DNA of 64,000 nt from Lepidodermella squamata (lineage: Eukaryota; Animalia; Gastrotricha), in assembly GCA_047495785.1 (NCBI GenBank), contig JBLDXI010000025.1, positions 1,426,001-1,490,000 on the forward strand. The letters run 5' to 3'. The position numbers and the translations under genes were made by a program. This document shows, in pieces, positions 25,459-37,328 of this stretch (position 1 is its first letter; each line of letters starts with the position of its first letter). The notes beneath the pieces were generated by a model. The model was not told where the DNA came from. It saw only the letters and a list, made by a program, of their open reading frames with translations, and did no database searches.

Positions 25459-26453
25459 GGTCTTGAAAGGCCACGGATATTCTGTAACAATTTGTTCAGC
25501 TGAGAGTATCGAGTTCAAAGTTCTTCGCTGGTGACCGAAAAACAACCGCTGAGCGATACTTATATCATTTTTAGATAAGCTATCAGTGTCTTTGGTACTA
25601 AGGCCTAGTTTCAGCTCACGCTGTTGACGTGGGAGCAGAAACGAAAAAAGTTGCATTTCTCCGGAGCTTCCACTTTATATAACCTTATTAAGGACAGCGA
25701 TTCACTGGTAAGAAACTGAAAATTTGGTGCCGAACAAAGTGCTCAAATCGAATAGTACTTCGGCTGTTTTTCGGAAATTCGCAAGGAAAACTAATTTCAT
25801 CCTAAAAACTGACCATTTTTGAAGACTATGGGATAGCCATTATTTGGAGGTGGGTTGGGGGTGGGTTAAGGGTGGCTAGGAAAAGCCTTGGTTACTTCTA
25901 TCACGAAAAACGACCCCATTATCCCGAAGACTTGAAACAGGCCAATCTTATCGAGGACTTTGCCGGCGAAATGCCATCTCCCAAAATTTAAGTTTTTTCA
26001 CCGAGATATATTTAGACTCATTTTGATGTCATTCTTGAACAACGCCTAATTAATTTAAACCTTAGAGCTTGAAAACTTGGAAAAAATTATGCCGCATACT
26101 TTAGCGGAGTTCAAGGTTTAAACGACAAAGCTAGTGAACTAGTTAATGCATGTTGATAAAATCCTTATCTGTATAATGGATATTAAGGTTGCTTCTCAGC
26201 TTGACAACAGGTCGATCTAGGGAAACTTATATAAACTTATATAAAATAGGTATAAGATACAACCGTTGGAAATCAGTTAGTTTATTCATTAGAATCCTAG
26301 AGGCTGGTTATTGTACGAAAAATAGAAATTATAGATATGGCGTACAAATTCACCGAGTTAAGCAATTTCATATCATGAGGTAAAAACATCGATAAGAACA
26401 AATTTGCTGACGACAGAATCACCGGGACACAACATTGTTCATTAATTTAAAGT

Positions 26454-28166
26454 TCAAAGAATCAATTGAGCTGTCGTGGTGACGTTAAAGGCAAAAGAGG
26501 TCGAATTTAGTTGTCGCAGCAGCATCAAGGCCTTCTCAGCATCAGAATCGTAAAATATTAGCTTGAGAAGGAACATAGCCAGACTAGAAACCAAAGCTGA
26601 AGCTGGAACGGTAATGATCCATGCAAGAATAATATTGCGGAAGATCTTCCAATCAATCTTCCGCCAACCTCCTCGAGTAACGCCAACGAAAACAACGGAA
26701 CCGATTTTACAGTGAGTTGTCGATACTGGAACGTAGGCGTGACTAGCAATAAGGACAGTAGTTGCGGCGCCAAGTTCGATGCTGAAACCACTAGGCGGCG
26801 TGACTTCAGTAATTTCACTTCCAACCGTCTCTATAACTCGCCGGCCTAGAACCCACAACCCCAGTGAAATCGCGGCCCCTCCAAGTGCCAAAATCCATAT
26901 TTCTGGCTCTTCCCTCGTTGAGGGAGGCTTGCCGATGTGAAGTCCATACAATCCCACAACTGGCCCAACTGCGTTGGAGACGTCATTACCGCCATGAGCA
27001 AATGCCCCGAAGCAAGCCGTTAGGACTTGGAGGAAAGCAAAAAGTTTGAATATTCCAGGATATTCGATCTCTTCCTTCACTGGAGTCGGTTCATCCGGCG
27101 GCGGCTTTTCAGCCTCCATACCCTCAGGCGAGACAAATGGCTTCACCAGCTGCAGCGAATGCACGGAGTGCAGTACGCTTTTGCCAGGCTCGGAGCCATC
27201 GGAACTAACACTATCCGCTGCCATCATCGAATCGAAGGCAGCTACTTCGAGGTCCTCGTCGACATGTTGTAGTGTGAAGCTGTTTCCGCTTCTGTTTCGT
27301 CGCGAAGCCGCTGTTTTAGAATTTAAGGATGCTAGCGATTTCAAGAAGCGATCTTCTTCATTCACTGATGTTTGAGCGTCGACGAACATTTTTCGTTTTT
27401 GAGATCCGCTGATGTCTTGCAGGGTTGGCCGCCGAGCTATGATATGCGCTTTCATGCGGGATGCGATTACAAACTTGGCAACTATCGCGCCGAGGATTCC
27501 AATGCCAACACTTGCAATAATCGAACCCCAAAGAGGAATCTTGTGAAAATGGAGTACCCTCGGGCCGTCGAAGAATACCGAGAATGAGTTGATCGCCAAA
27601 GTTATTGCATAGAAGAAAGGAAGCAATAAAATGCCTCGCTCTAACTGCTCCATGTGGTTAGGAATGCGCAATAAGAAATATTCCAAGAAGAAATAAATCG
27701 CTGCTGATATTGCGCCCGACATGACGGGAGAAATTACCCATGAAGCTGCAATTTTCACTAAGGCAAGCCAGTTTACACCCTCAGTACCTTTAGCAACAAG
27801 TGTGAAACCGATGACCGCGCCAACAATGCTGTGAGTGACTGAAACCGGTAACTTGAACAAGGTGGCTGTCATCAACCAAACGCATGCCCCAATCAAGGCA
27901 GCTAGGTAGCCAAGTTCCAGCAGGGTGATTTCGCTGGAGAACATCTCAATCTCGATTATGCCTTTGGATATTGTGCTCGAAACCTTAGCGCCGAGTAATA
28001 CTGAACCAATAGTTTCGAAAATGGAGGCTAGAATGCAGGCGCGCCTCAAGGTGAGCACCCCGGAACCTACCGATGTCCCGAAGGAGTTTGCCACATCGTT
28101 GGCGCCGATGGAAAAAGCCAACGCGAAGCCGATGATGAAGCCGACTATGACTATCCAAAGACTCAT
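26454..28166 (-). CDS. SLC20/PiT sodium-dependent phosphate transporter (A3), intronless CDS
   Basis: Single 570-aa ORF with both PiT signature motifs and conserved E/H residues. Confidence 0.94.
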   Translation of the reverse strand: MSLWIVIVGFIIGFALAFSIGANDVANSFGTSVGSGVLTLRRACILASIFETIGSVLLGAKVSSTISKGIIEIEMFSSEITLLELGYLAALIGACVWLMTATLFKLPVSVTHSIVGAVIGFTLVAKGTEGVNWLALVKIAASWVISPVMSGAISAAIYFFLEYFLLRIPNHMEQLERGILLLPFFYAITLAINSFSVFFDGPRVLHFHKIPLWGSIIASVGIGILGAIVAKFVIASRMKAHIIARRPTLQDISGSQKRKMFVDAQTSVNEEDRFLKSLASLNSKTAASRRNRSGNSFTLQHVDEDLEVAAFDSMMAADSVSSDGSEPGKSVLHSVHSLQLVKPFVSPEGMEAEKPPPDEPTPVKEEIEYPGIFKLFAFLQVLTACFGAFAHGGNDVSNAVGPVVGLYGLHIGKPPSTREEPEIWILALGGAAISLGLWVLGRRVIETVGSEITEVTPPSGFSIELGAATTVLIASHAYVPVSTTHCKIGSVVFVGVTRGGWRKIDWKIFRNIILAWIITVPASALVSSLAMFLLKLIFYDSDAEKALMLLRQLNSTSFAFNVTTTAQLIL

Positions 28167-28452
28167 TTCTAACCGGCAGCATAAAATCTAAACGTAGCGG
28201 ACAGATATATTAATGTCTTGGAGAGACTCTCGCATCCACGCTTCTAGCGCAAAACGGGTCAAAGGGAAGTGAAGCGAAACTGGTTTTCCCAGATTCTTCT
28301 TGTGGTTTGTATTGCCCTTCAATTGTTAGAAAATAAAAAGTAAAAATCTTTCGAATACTGCAGCCCATCCGTTTGAAATTAGTTCAAAATTACAGTCTTT
28401 TCAAGCTTGTTCAACCTGATTTCCGCTTTCAGCGCGATGTTTGCACCGAACT

Positions 28453-28757
28453 TGATAAAAAAAATTGGGGGATGTTTTTGACCGTTTTGAGATAAATTGT
28501 TGTGAATGGCAGTCAAAACAAGATAAAAAGCAGAGGTCGAACGGTCTCGCAAAGCGGTTCATTTTCTTTGTTATTTTCACGTTAATTTTGGCGTCAAAGC
28601 ATAGCCTTGATAAAACTTGCCGTCAAATAAAACGTTTTTTTCGACGCCGCTAGCATACGTAATACAGAGGGCCGATTTTTCGCTATATATATTCTACCAT
28701 TGTATAGAATCTGATAAATGGTCATCCGCCCTGTTTGTTTGCGGTAGCATGTGATAA
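28453..28757. promoter_or_regulatory. Cluster of six co-oriented WGATAA (GATA-factor) motifs upstream of SLC20 A3
   Basis: TGATAA/AGATAA at 28453, 28490, 28521, 28608, 28712 and 28752; roughly one per 500 bp is expected at this base composition. Confidence 0.55.
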
Positions 28758-29129
28758 AATGCTCACCTATGTCAAGCAGAAAACGTCAGCTTGACAGAGA
28801 AACAGCCATAAATTCAAAAGCATGGGTTTTCAAAATAATTCTTAAATCAATTTGAAACATGTTCTCAAGCCGGGGGCAAAATTCTGAAATCGTGCTTAAA
28901 TAAATACTCAAAACTTACAATTTTTTTCATAAGCAGCTAGGCTTGTGTTTGTCGCTCGCAGAACGAGCGAGCTTATAGCTAACGCATTGGAAGAAAATTC
29001 GTCTTGTTGCGCCAAGAATTTAATCATCAAGTCGGAAATGCTAGCACGGCATAGATTACACATTTCGGGCTAAATATTCCATAATTACTGTGTGATTTGA
29101 TTTCCATCCAAGGCTTGCTGCCTGCAGAG

Positions 29130-30699
29130 TCAGATATTTAGCGTAGTGGTTATTGGTTGGAAAACGCTCGTTGTCGCGTTTAGGATTGAACCATTAGTTG
29201 TCGCTATCAGTATCAAATCCTCAGGCTGAAAAATAGCTTGAAGTGCAGCCATGACGCCAGCCGCGAGAAGGGCAGTGATCGGCACCGTAAAAACCCATGC
29301 CATAACAACACCAACCAGGGTTTTCCAGCTGATCTCGTTTTTGCCATTGCACAATCCAATGAATATTATCGATCCAACTTTGCAGATGGTAGTCGAAATT
29401 GGCAGATCGAATTGGCTGGCTAGCAAGACGGTTATGGCAGTGCCCATATCCATAACAAAACCCTTAAGGAATTGAACATGTTTTAGGATGAGTCGTAAAA
29501 ATTATGGTCACCTTGGGCGTAGTTATTTCAGCTAGCCCGCCGCCTATAGTTTTGACAACATTGCGGCCGAGTGCCCATAATCCCACTACCATTCCGACCC
29601 CGCCAAATGCGAGAATCCAAAGTTCAGGTTTTGTCGCTTTTTGCGGAATCGCATCAGTACGATAGATTTCATACATGCCCAGTGGTGGTGCAATCGCATT
29701 TGCAACATCGTTACCGCCGTGCGCTATGGATGCAAAGCAAGAAGTTATGATTTGAATAGTCCAGAACATGGGATCAAGTCCAGACCACTCCTCGGCGGCA
29801 ATCAGTCGTCTGAGAAATGATGTCGACTTGGCAATCAGTGACGGCCTTCTGGAATCTGTGGATATTACAGAGGCATTGCTGGACGGCGGAGTCTCGACCA
29901 TAGGTACAGGATTTGCCTTCCAATGTTGCAGGGCCACGTTTGACACGTTCATCTCGTTCACCATTTTAACGTAGTTCTTCTGTCGGGGGATATACCAGAA
30001 AAAAGTTAAAAGAAACGCAGCGCCTCCTCCAACAGTGGCGATAATGATAGGTAGGTACCAGGGCCACTCAAAGCTCAACGTGAAGAGCTTCGGCCGACCG
30101 AAGAGGAGCGCAAACAGGTTAAGTGCGATTGAAATAGCGTAGAACACTGGAAGAGAGTGAGCTGAGCGACGCAGCTGAGCTTGGCTGTCCGGAGTAATGA
30201 AAATTGACGCCTTCATCGCCATGAAAATAGCCGCACTGATGACACCGGACATTAGAGGTGAAATCAACCAGGACAACGCGATTTTTACGACAGGTTCCCA
30301 TTGGATTTCCTCCAAACCGACAGCTACGGCGCTCATGCCAATCATAGCTCCTACAGCGGCTTGCGTGCCGGAGACAGGCATTTTGAGAATTGTTACCACT
30401 ATCAGCCATATTGTCGCTGCTATCAGCGCGGACAAATAGCCAAGCATGAGGAGCTCCAGCTTACCTTCGAAAGCAGAAATACTGACGACCCCCTTACTTA
30501 TGGATTGAGCAACCCCTCCACCTAAAAAGATGGCGCCAATCAGTTCGCAAATCGAGGCTAACATGAACGCGTGGGTGACCGTTAGAGTTCCTGAACCAAT
30601 TGTTGTTCCAAAGGTGTTGGCTACATCGTTAGCTCCGATGCTGAAAGCCAAGAGGAAGCCGAAAAAGAACCCGGCAATGAGAAGAGCTAATAAATCCAT
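29130..30699 (-). CDS. SLC20/PiT phosphate transporter, divergent short-loop type (B4). Exons 29512-30699, 29130-29462
   Basis: Close paralogue of B1 with the same intron position (49 nt, AAG acceptor). Confidence 0.92.
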
Positions 30700-32011
30700 A
30701 TGAATTTAGTTCAAAATGTAATATGAGCCGATCAAGTTCAACCTGCGGCGACCTTAAATGTGAATTCGTGAACAGACGCTGACGTGTCCTTCGGACATGG
30801 ACAAATTATTCATCGGAGCAAGATAACCTAAGAAGCAATAATAGTTATCACGTGCGCTCACGTGTATCTAACCCGGTAATTCGCGGTTAATAATAACTGA
30901 TTACCATATATGGCTTGTTTTTTTCCCAGCCACGCCCAGCGTTGTCGAGAAATCTTTCGGCTGGCTATAATTAACCGGCATCCTGCGCGTTGTTGAAAAG
31001 ATGAATCACTTTGAACATGGCAATACCGCTTTATCTGTTGCGGCATCCCCCAAAAATTTCACCGTTTTTCGTGATCATGCGACCTTTGATCCATGATGAC
31101 GAGGCATTGCAAGCTAAGATAAACACCTTCTATGCGTGCGGTGAATAACATTATATACTCGAACATATGGTACGTCGAATTCCGAAATTTGCACGCTGAA
31201 AAGTTGGTCTCAACCCTTTTACGGCGGAATAATTCTGAGGGGTTTTAGGAGGCGCTCTTCCCTATTTTGAAACCCATTTGCCTCTATCTGTCACCGTTAA
31301 GACTGCGCGAAAAGCAGTCGAAATCGCCCTATCCGCCGAGCTGATTTCAAGCAATATCTCGAGCACCCTAGGAGGATCAAACATTTCGAATCGGAATTTG
31401 AAGACGCATTGCCCTTTTTTGCTTACCCCCCTAAATTTTCATTTTAAACAACGAATTCTAGGCAAATCGCCCCCAGTTATTTCTGGCATAATTGTTGCTC
31501 GAACTCGCATCAAATCAAAAGAATTCCTTGAAGCTGTGCAATAAAATCCAGAAATTAACAAGGAGAACAAAACACACCATTTGGTTGGCTAATTTCTCTG
31601 TTTTATTTCGACCATAGCGCAAAATAATTCTACCGAGAATTGCGAGCGAATTTTTCGCTCAGATTCAAGAAAATCATCACGATCGATATTAACAACGAAA
31701 CAGATCGCTATCTTTGTTTACAATATCATTCCTCAGCAGTATTCATGTACTCTTCTCACGGCCTCAATCTATGGCAGTTGGCTGATAGAGAACGTAATAT
31801 TCTTATAGGTAATTCCTAATTCCTTGAAATTTTAATTAAAGTAATTTTAAAATTCTCCGCGTTGAAATGCGAGTCGCCTTTTTTCAATAACTCATATAAA
31901 AAAGGCACGTATACAAAACAACATCGAGAATAGGTAATATCAAGTGTGACTAGGCGGCGTTAATTTTTTGATTCTTCCCCTCATCATCATCCATCAACAA
32001 ATCGCGCCGTT

Positions 32012-35000
32012 TCAACGAAGAAACGCCGTTGTTATAGTGTCATTATTATTGGCTAGTAGAGTCGTTGCAGTTGCATTTAACGCTGTGAAACCGCCCGCTG
32101 TAAAACTCTCAGGCGGGAACACAAACTGAAGGCCGAACATCACGCCAGCGGCGATTAACCCAGAAGTCGGGACAGTGACAACCCACGCCAGGATGATGTT
32201 GCGAAACACGCGCCAGTCGACCTGCCTCGTGCCGCCCCTCGCCACGCCAACTAGGACAACGGACCCAATTTTGCAGTGCGTCGTCGAGATGGGCAGGCCG
32301 ATCTTACTAGCGACCAGCACCGTAGTCGCCGCGCCTAATTCAATGCAGAACCCGGACGGCGGCGTCACCTCGCTGAGTTCAGACCCGACTGTCTCAATCA
32401 CCCGGCGCCCGAGCACCCACAGGCCCAGGGTGATGCCAGCACCTCCGATCGCGAGAATCCACAGTTCCGGCTCAGCGTTTTGCGTGACAGTTTTACTCTG
32501 GTGCAGGCCCCACAGGCCGACAACGGGGCCAATCGCGTTCGACACGTCATTTCCGCCGTGGGCAAACGCGCCGAAGCAGGCGGTTAGCACTTGAAGAAAT
32601 GAAAACAGCTGGAAGATACCCGGGTATTCGATATCCTCGTGCTGGTTTTCAATCTCGGCAAACGGCTGGTTTTTATCCGGGATTACAGCGACCTGGTGGT
32701 GGTCGTTGCTAGGGACGCCTTGGAACGGCGCGACTAGGTACAGCGATGAGACGGAGTGCGACAGCGAGGGCGCTAGGGTGCTTTCGTCGAGCAGCAGCTT
32801 TTGCAGCGTGTTGTTTCGGCCTTCGTCGATCGTGTTGATGTTCGAATCGGGTGCGGCTGCCATGCCGGCGAAGAATTTCTGGCGCGGGGTCAGCGAGCCG
32901 TCTGGGTTGGTTGATTTTAATGTCGAGGCCATTGTGAGCGTTTTGCCATTGAGCTGCAACGGCGTTGATGCCGTTTCATTCATCAGATTGCCATTAGGAG
33001 CATTTACTAAAAAATATTACAAACTAAGTTAAAAATCGCGAAAAATTAATTATTCTATTATTTCAACTTTTAGTACGTGTGCGTACTTTGGCTAGGTCCT
33101 AGAGTGCCTCATACATGGTAATGAATCCCATTAAGTTAGTCCGTTGGCCGCTGGGGCTTGGGTCACATCAAGTGCTTTACGTCTCAGTTTGGTACTTCAA
33201 GAACTTCAAGAAGATGCACAACTCAGTGTTCCTGTTTTGGTGAAAAAGATCGGCGACGACTGGATTTGTAATGAAAGCAAGAGTTTTCTACGCGCCGGGT
33301 TTGGGCGGGTACGGGTCTGGTTTCTAGGATTCCCGTCTTCTAGGATTTCTTTACAGTTGTTTTCGGTAAAATTGGAAATGAGATTTCAAGTTATTCCCGC
33401 AGCAAAATTGTGATCATGTACCATCAATAATGCCAATTTTGAGTGAAAGTATAGTCTCTTTGGAGTTTTTGAGCAATGAAAAAGAAGAAGGAATACTAAT
33501 TTCGCGCGGTTTTTATTCAACGGGCCGGGTCGCGCCTCAATTTTTCGATCTGGGGACAACTCTGAGATAAGCAATTGTCAATGAATTTTGATATCGACTT
33601 CATTGAAAAGAAGGCCTTAAAATGGGTCCACGATTACGAGGCTTTGTACGGCGGGGAAACAATGACCTTCAACGTCCATGTTTTTGGTCATCGCGTTGCG
33701 TTTGCTGCATAAATATTTCAGTTTTACTTTAGAGTCCAACCTTAGTGTCGTAACAAGACAATTGGCTCTATCGACATGCAGCATCGGTTCAGATCAGCTC
33801 AAGAGCCGCTGGAAGTAGCACTATAGACGAACGGTTAAAAAACATACGTCTCCGACTTCGATTCGTACCCTCAGATACGGCAGCCGCTCGCGAGACCTGA
33901 AAACGGGCGATATATGATTGACTATCATCAAGGCGAGCTCTATTGAAGCTGTTTTCCACTGCTATCACCCTATCGTGATCACCCTATCACCCTGCTATCA
34001 CCCTGCGACCATTTTGTTCTACATGGATGGTCCCGGATTGACTCATCCCATGTCGACTAATGGCGTGTCATTGGAATGTTCGTATTTCTCACTGGTGGTA
34101 CCCGCAACATCGAAGCCGACTAGTGGCAACGTCACCCCTCGGCATAGCAGGCTCTAAAGATTTGAAGGAGCGTTCTCATGAGAAGCATCACAAAAGCGAG
34201 CGGAAGTTCGCGATCCGAGACAAGCTGGCTAGGGAACATTTAGCAATTTTCATCTCAGCCATGAAAAAGTTATCGGTTACGGACCTACATGTGGCAGGGC
34301 TTGACAAACCGCTTCGCTTGAACTACATCACTTGGCAGGCTTCTCCCGGTGTTGAGAAAGCTTGTGCTACGTGTCAAATTTCTCAAATACCGGCCATTTT
34401 TGGACGTGCCGACAAAAAATTCGACCCTCAGGTTTTAATATTTTCTGAAAGAGGATCGAATTCTAAGACTAATGGTCAATGTTCACGGCGTTCATGGAAA
34501 ATTTTCATTTTCTACCTATCTTCAATCTGAATTCGCTCGTTTTGATCACTTAATTTGAAGTTATTCGCATCATGTCACGTTTCAAACAAGTAACTGTGCT
34601 GGCTACTGAGGCACTAGAAAGAAGTCCTCCTGATAACCGGCGAACTAATTGCGCTGATTGTAAAATGAATCATAAGAAACGCGTCATGACGAAAAACTAC
34701 TGCGCTGTTTGTCTTGTTCCTCTGTGTATCAATTGCTCAACATCCAACACCAAATTTCGTGAAGTTTTCGGAATTTTTTTGTTGACTAATCTTGCTCTTT
34801 TAAAATAGTGCAAGGATGTGAGGCGGTAGACTGAAACACGGCGAATTCAATGGTGAATCGGAAAAAAACCGAAAATTACCGAATCATTTACCATTGCGAT
34901 TTCCGGGTTTTCGCTGGTAAATTTTCCATTTCTCTGGTTAAATCACGGATAGAAGATGGCATTTTCTCTCGCTAGGTTTTAATTTTTTATCAGTTGAATT

Positions 35001-37328
35001 TCCTACAAAAAATTGCCAAATTACAAAGTATTTGCGCAACTTTTGGGATTTAGCTTGAAAAATAATTAAATTAATTTTAATTTTTCTATTAGGGATTCGA
35101 TTGGGAATGAAGTTTACCTGAAAGACGTGAACCTAGTGGCGAGGCGCGTTTCGACCCGGCCAAATTTTCCAGCGTCGGCCGCCTGTGCATGATATGCCGC
35201 TTCAGCCTCGGCCCAATCAGAAACCTCGCCAAAAGCGCCGCAACAGCGCCGACGCCCAGCGCCGCTAGAATAGCGCCCCACAGTGGGATTTTGTCGAATT
35301 TCAGCATCTGCGGCCCTTTATGGAACACCGAGAATGAATTGATGGCAAACGTGATTGCGTAAATGAAAGGCAATAGGAAGATGCCGCGCTCTAGTTGAGC
35401 GATATGAGTCGGTAATTTTAAGATCGAAAATTGCATTATGTAATAGAGAACGGCGGAGACAACGCCGGAAAGCAGCGGAGAAATGAACCACGACGCGACA
35501 ATTTTCGCGAGTTCACTCCATTTAACGCCGCCCGAGCCGCGGGCGACGAGGGTGAAGCCGATGACGGCGCCGACTATGCTGTGCGTGCCGGAGACGGGCA
35601 GTTTCAGCAGGGTGGCGGCGAGCAGCCAGATGCAGGCGCCGATCAGGGCGGATAGGTAGCCGAGTTCCAGCGAGCCAGTGTCCACCGAGTACATTTCGAC
35701 ATCGATTATGCCTTTAGCTATTGTCGATGATACCTGAAAGATAACATGGAAATGCTGAATTTCAACGACTGAACTCTAAAAGGCTCGATGTTTAAAATCA
35801 AGAATAATCACATTTCGAAGATTTTTTGTAAATATTTCAGGAATTTTTAAATCAGATTTCCTTTTTGCGGACCTAAAATTAAAAACTCCAACGATCGAAA
35901 CTATTCATAAAAAATGCTGTTTTTCGGATAAATCGCTGAATGATGATCACATTGAATGAAACAATTATTTTTGTTTTCCAGGGTAAATACCGAATGGTTT
36001 TCAGTGAATTCTGAAATCAGAATCGTGATCTACGTGGTCGATTTACCCTATCCAGTGAGTTCAAAGTTTCAGGTCAAAGTCGTGAGTTAGGCATATTGGG
36101 GCAGGAAAAAATTACGTTATGCATCAAATGGGCACAGCCCCAATGGTGCATAACCGTGGCTCACTTCGGCTGATCAACAATGGCTCATCGGCCAAGCGTT
36201 GCGTAATCGTGAGCTTTCGTGGGGGACCCTAAGACACATCCCAGCGCAAACCGCTTCGAAGAAAACCCAACGGCTGATGAGGAACAAATTTTCAATCATA
36301 ATTTATGCATCATTAGGAGACTCTACTCTATATGTTTTCAATCAGATTATTCGAGCTCATATATCGCATTAATCCGAGACAAAAGCATTATTTTAGCCAC
36401 TTACTTAATGTACAATTTTTAATAATTTTAGAAATTGCATTGATTTGCGTGGCTTTTAAATATTCCGGCAATTTATTGGCAAAATAATTTGTTCACAGAC
36501 GTAATATATTCCGGAGGAGTCAAATCATATTGTTTGCGGAGAGATGCATAGTAATTTTCCCATTTTTTACTGCCACTAAAAAAATTGACCGAATTTTTTC
36601 ATGTCGAATCAAATTTTCGCTGCCTGCGAGGATTGGAGAGAATTTAGGTTCAGTCGAGGGTACATTTTTTGAAAGGTTCAATCATAAAACTCCAAATTTA
36701 ATTCACGATAGAAATCTGAATGTAAAATCTTAAAAAAGCTGCGGTAAAGGTTCCTGGCTTGAATATTGGATCCTTTGAAGCATGAAAAAATCAAAATGCG
36801 ACTTCAATTTCATGGTTTTAACAATATTTTATATTTTCGGGGGATTTGATAGATCATCTCGATGCGGCGGAGAGCTAGTACAGTAGTAAAAATGCTTTTA
36901 ATTCATCAGCGTTCGAGATGTAAATAACTGGGTCATTTGAATTTAATTCTTACTACTCAAATAATTGGAGGAAAATCTAATTTGACCATCAAGGAAGCCG
37001 CGAGTGCCGAGAGGCAAAGGCTGTAAAAATAAAATCTTTTTCATGCCAAGGTGGCGCTAATTTTTAGAGTACCGATGTAGACCCTCATTATCGCACTCAT
37101 TTCGGGTGACAAGAGAAATAATACATCTCGTAATTTTACACTTACCTTAGCGCCGATGAGAATAGCGCCGGCGAGTTCGAAAATGGACGCGAGTATGCAT
37201 GCTTTGAGTAGGGTGAGTACCCGAGAGCCGACAGAGGTGCCGAATGAGTTGGCGACGTCGTTGGCGCCGATGGAAAACGCGAGCGCAAAGCCGATAACGA
37301 AGCCAACAATCACTATCCACAGCGTCAT
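32012..37328 (-). CDS. SLC20/PiT phosphate transporter (A5) with two large introns. Exons 37146-37328, 35118-35733, 32012-33006
   Basis: Canonical motifs [34 protein letters not shown] and [10 protein letters not shown]; junctions GT-AG and in phase. Confidence 0.93.
33581..33712 (+). mobile_element. Fragment of an EnSpm/CACTA-like transposase inside an SLC20 A5 intron
   Basis: Translates to ...[24 protein letters not shown], matching the LYG...MTxNVH motif of metazoan CACTA-type transposases. Confidence 0.6.
34060..34830 (+). mobile_element. Decayed piggyBac-like transposase 3' region with C-terminal Cys-rich domain
   Basis: RRTNCADC...[16 protein letters not shown] matches the piggyBac C-terminal zinc-binding domain pattern; an upstream broken frame has a WW motif. 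Confidence 0.55.

Noticed and set aside
25459-25656. 66-aa N-terminal extension of SLC20 A2
   Set aside because: Paralogues start at MxLW; the extension has no homology and contains GATA motifs, so it is more likely UTR or promoter.
23647-28166. Horizontal transfer of intronless PiT genes from bacteria
   Set aside because: The proteins have the long metazoan-type central loop and are close paralogues of the intron-containing A5 gene.
21771-30699. Frameshifted or split pseudogene reading of SLC20 B1/B4 and of the SLC35G ORF fragments
   Set aside because: Each break is explained by an in-phase 49-60 nt GT-AG intron; only SLC35G copy 4 has a real lesion.
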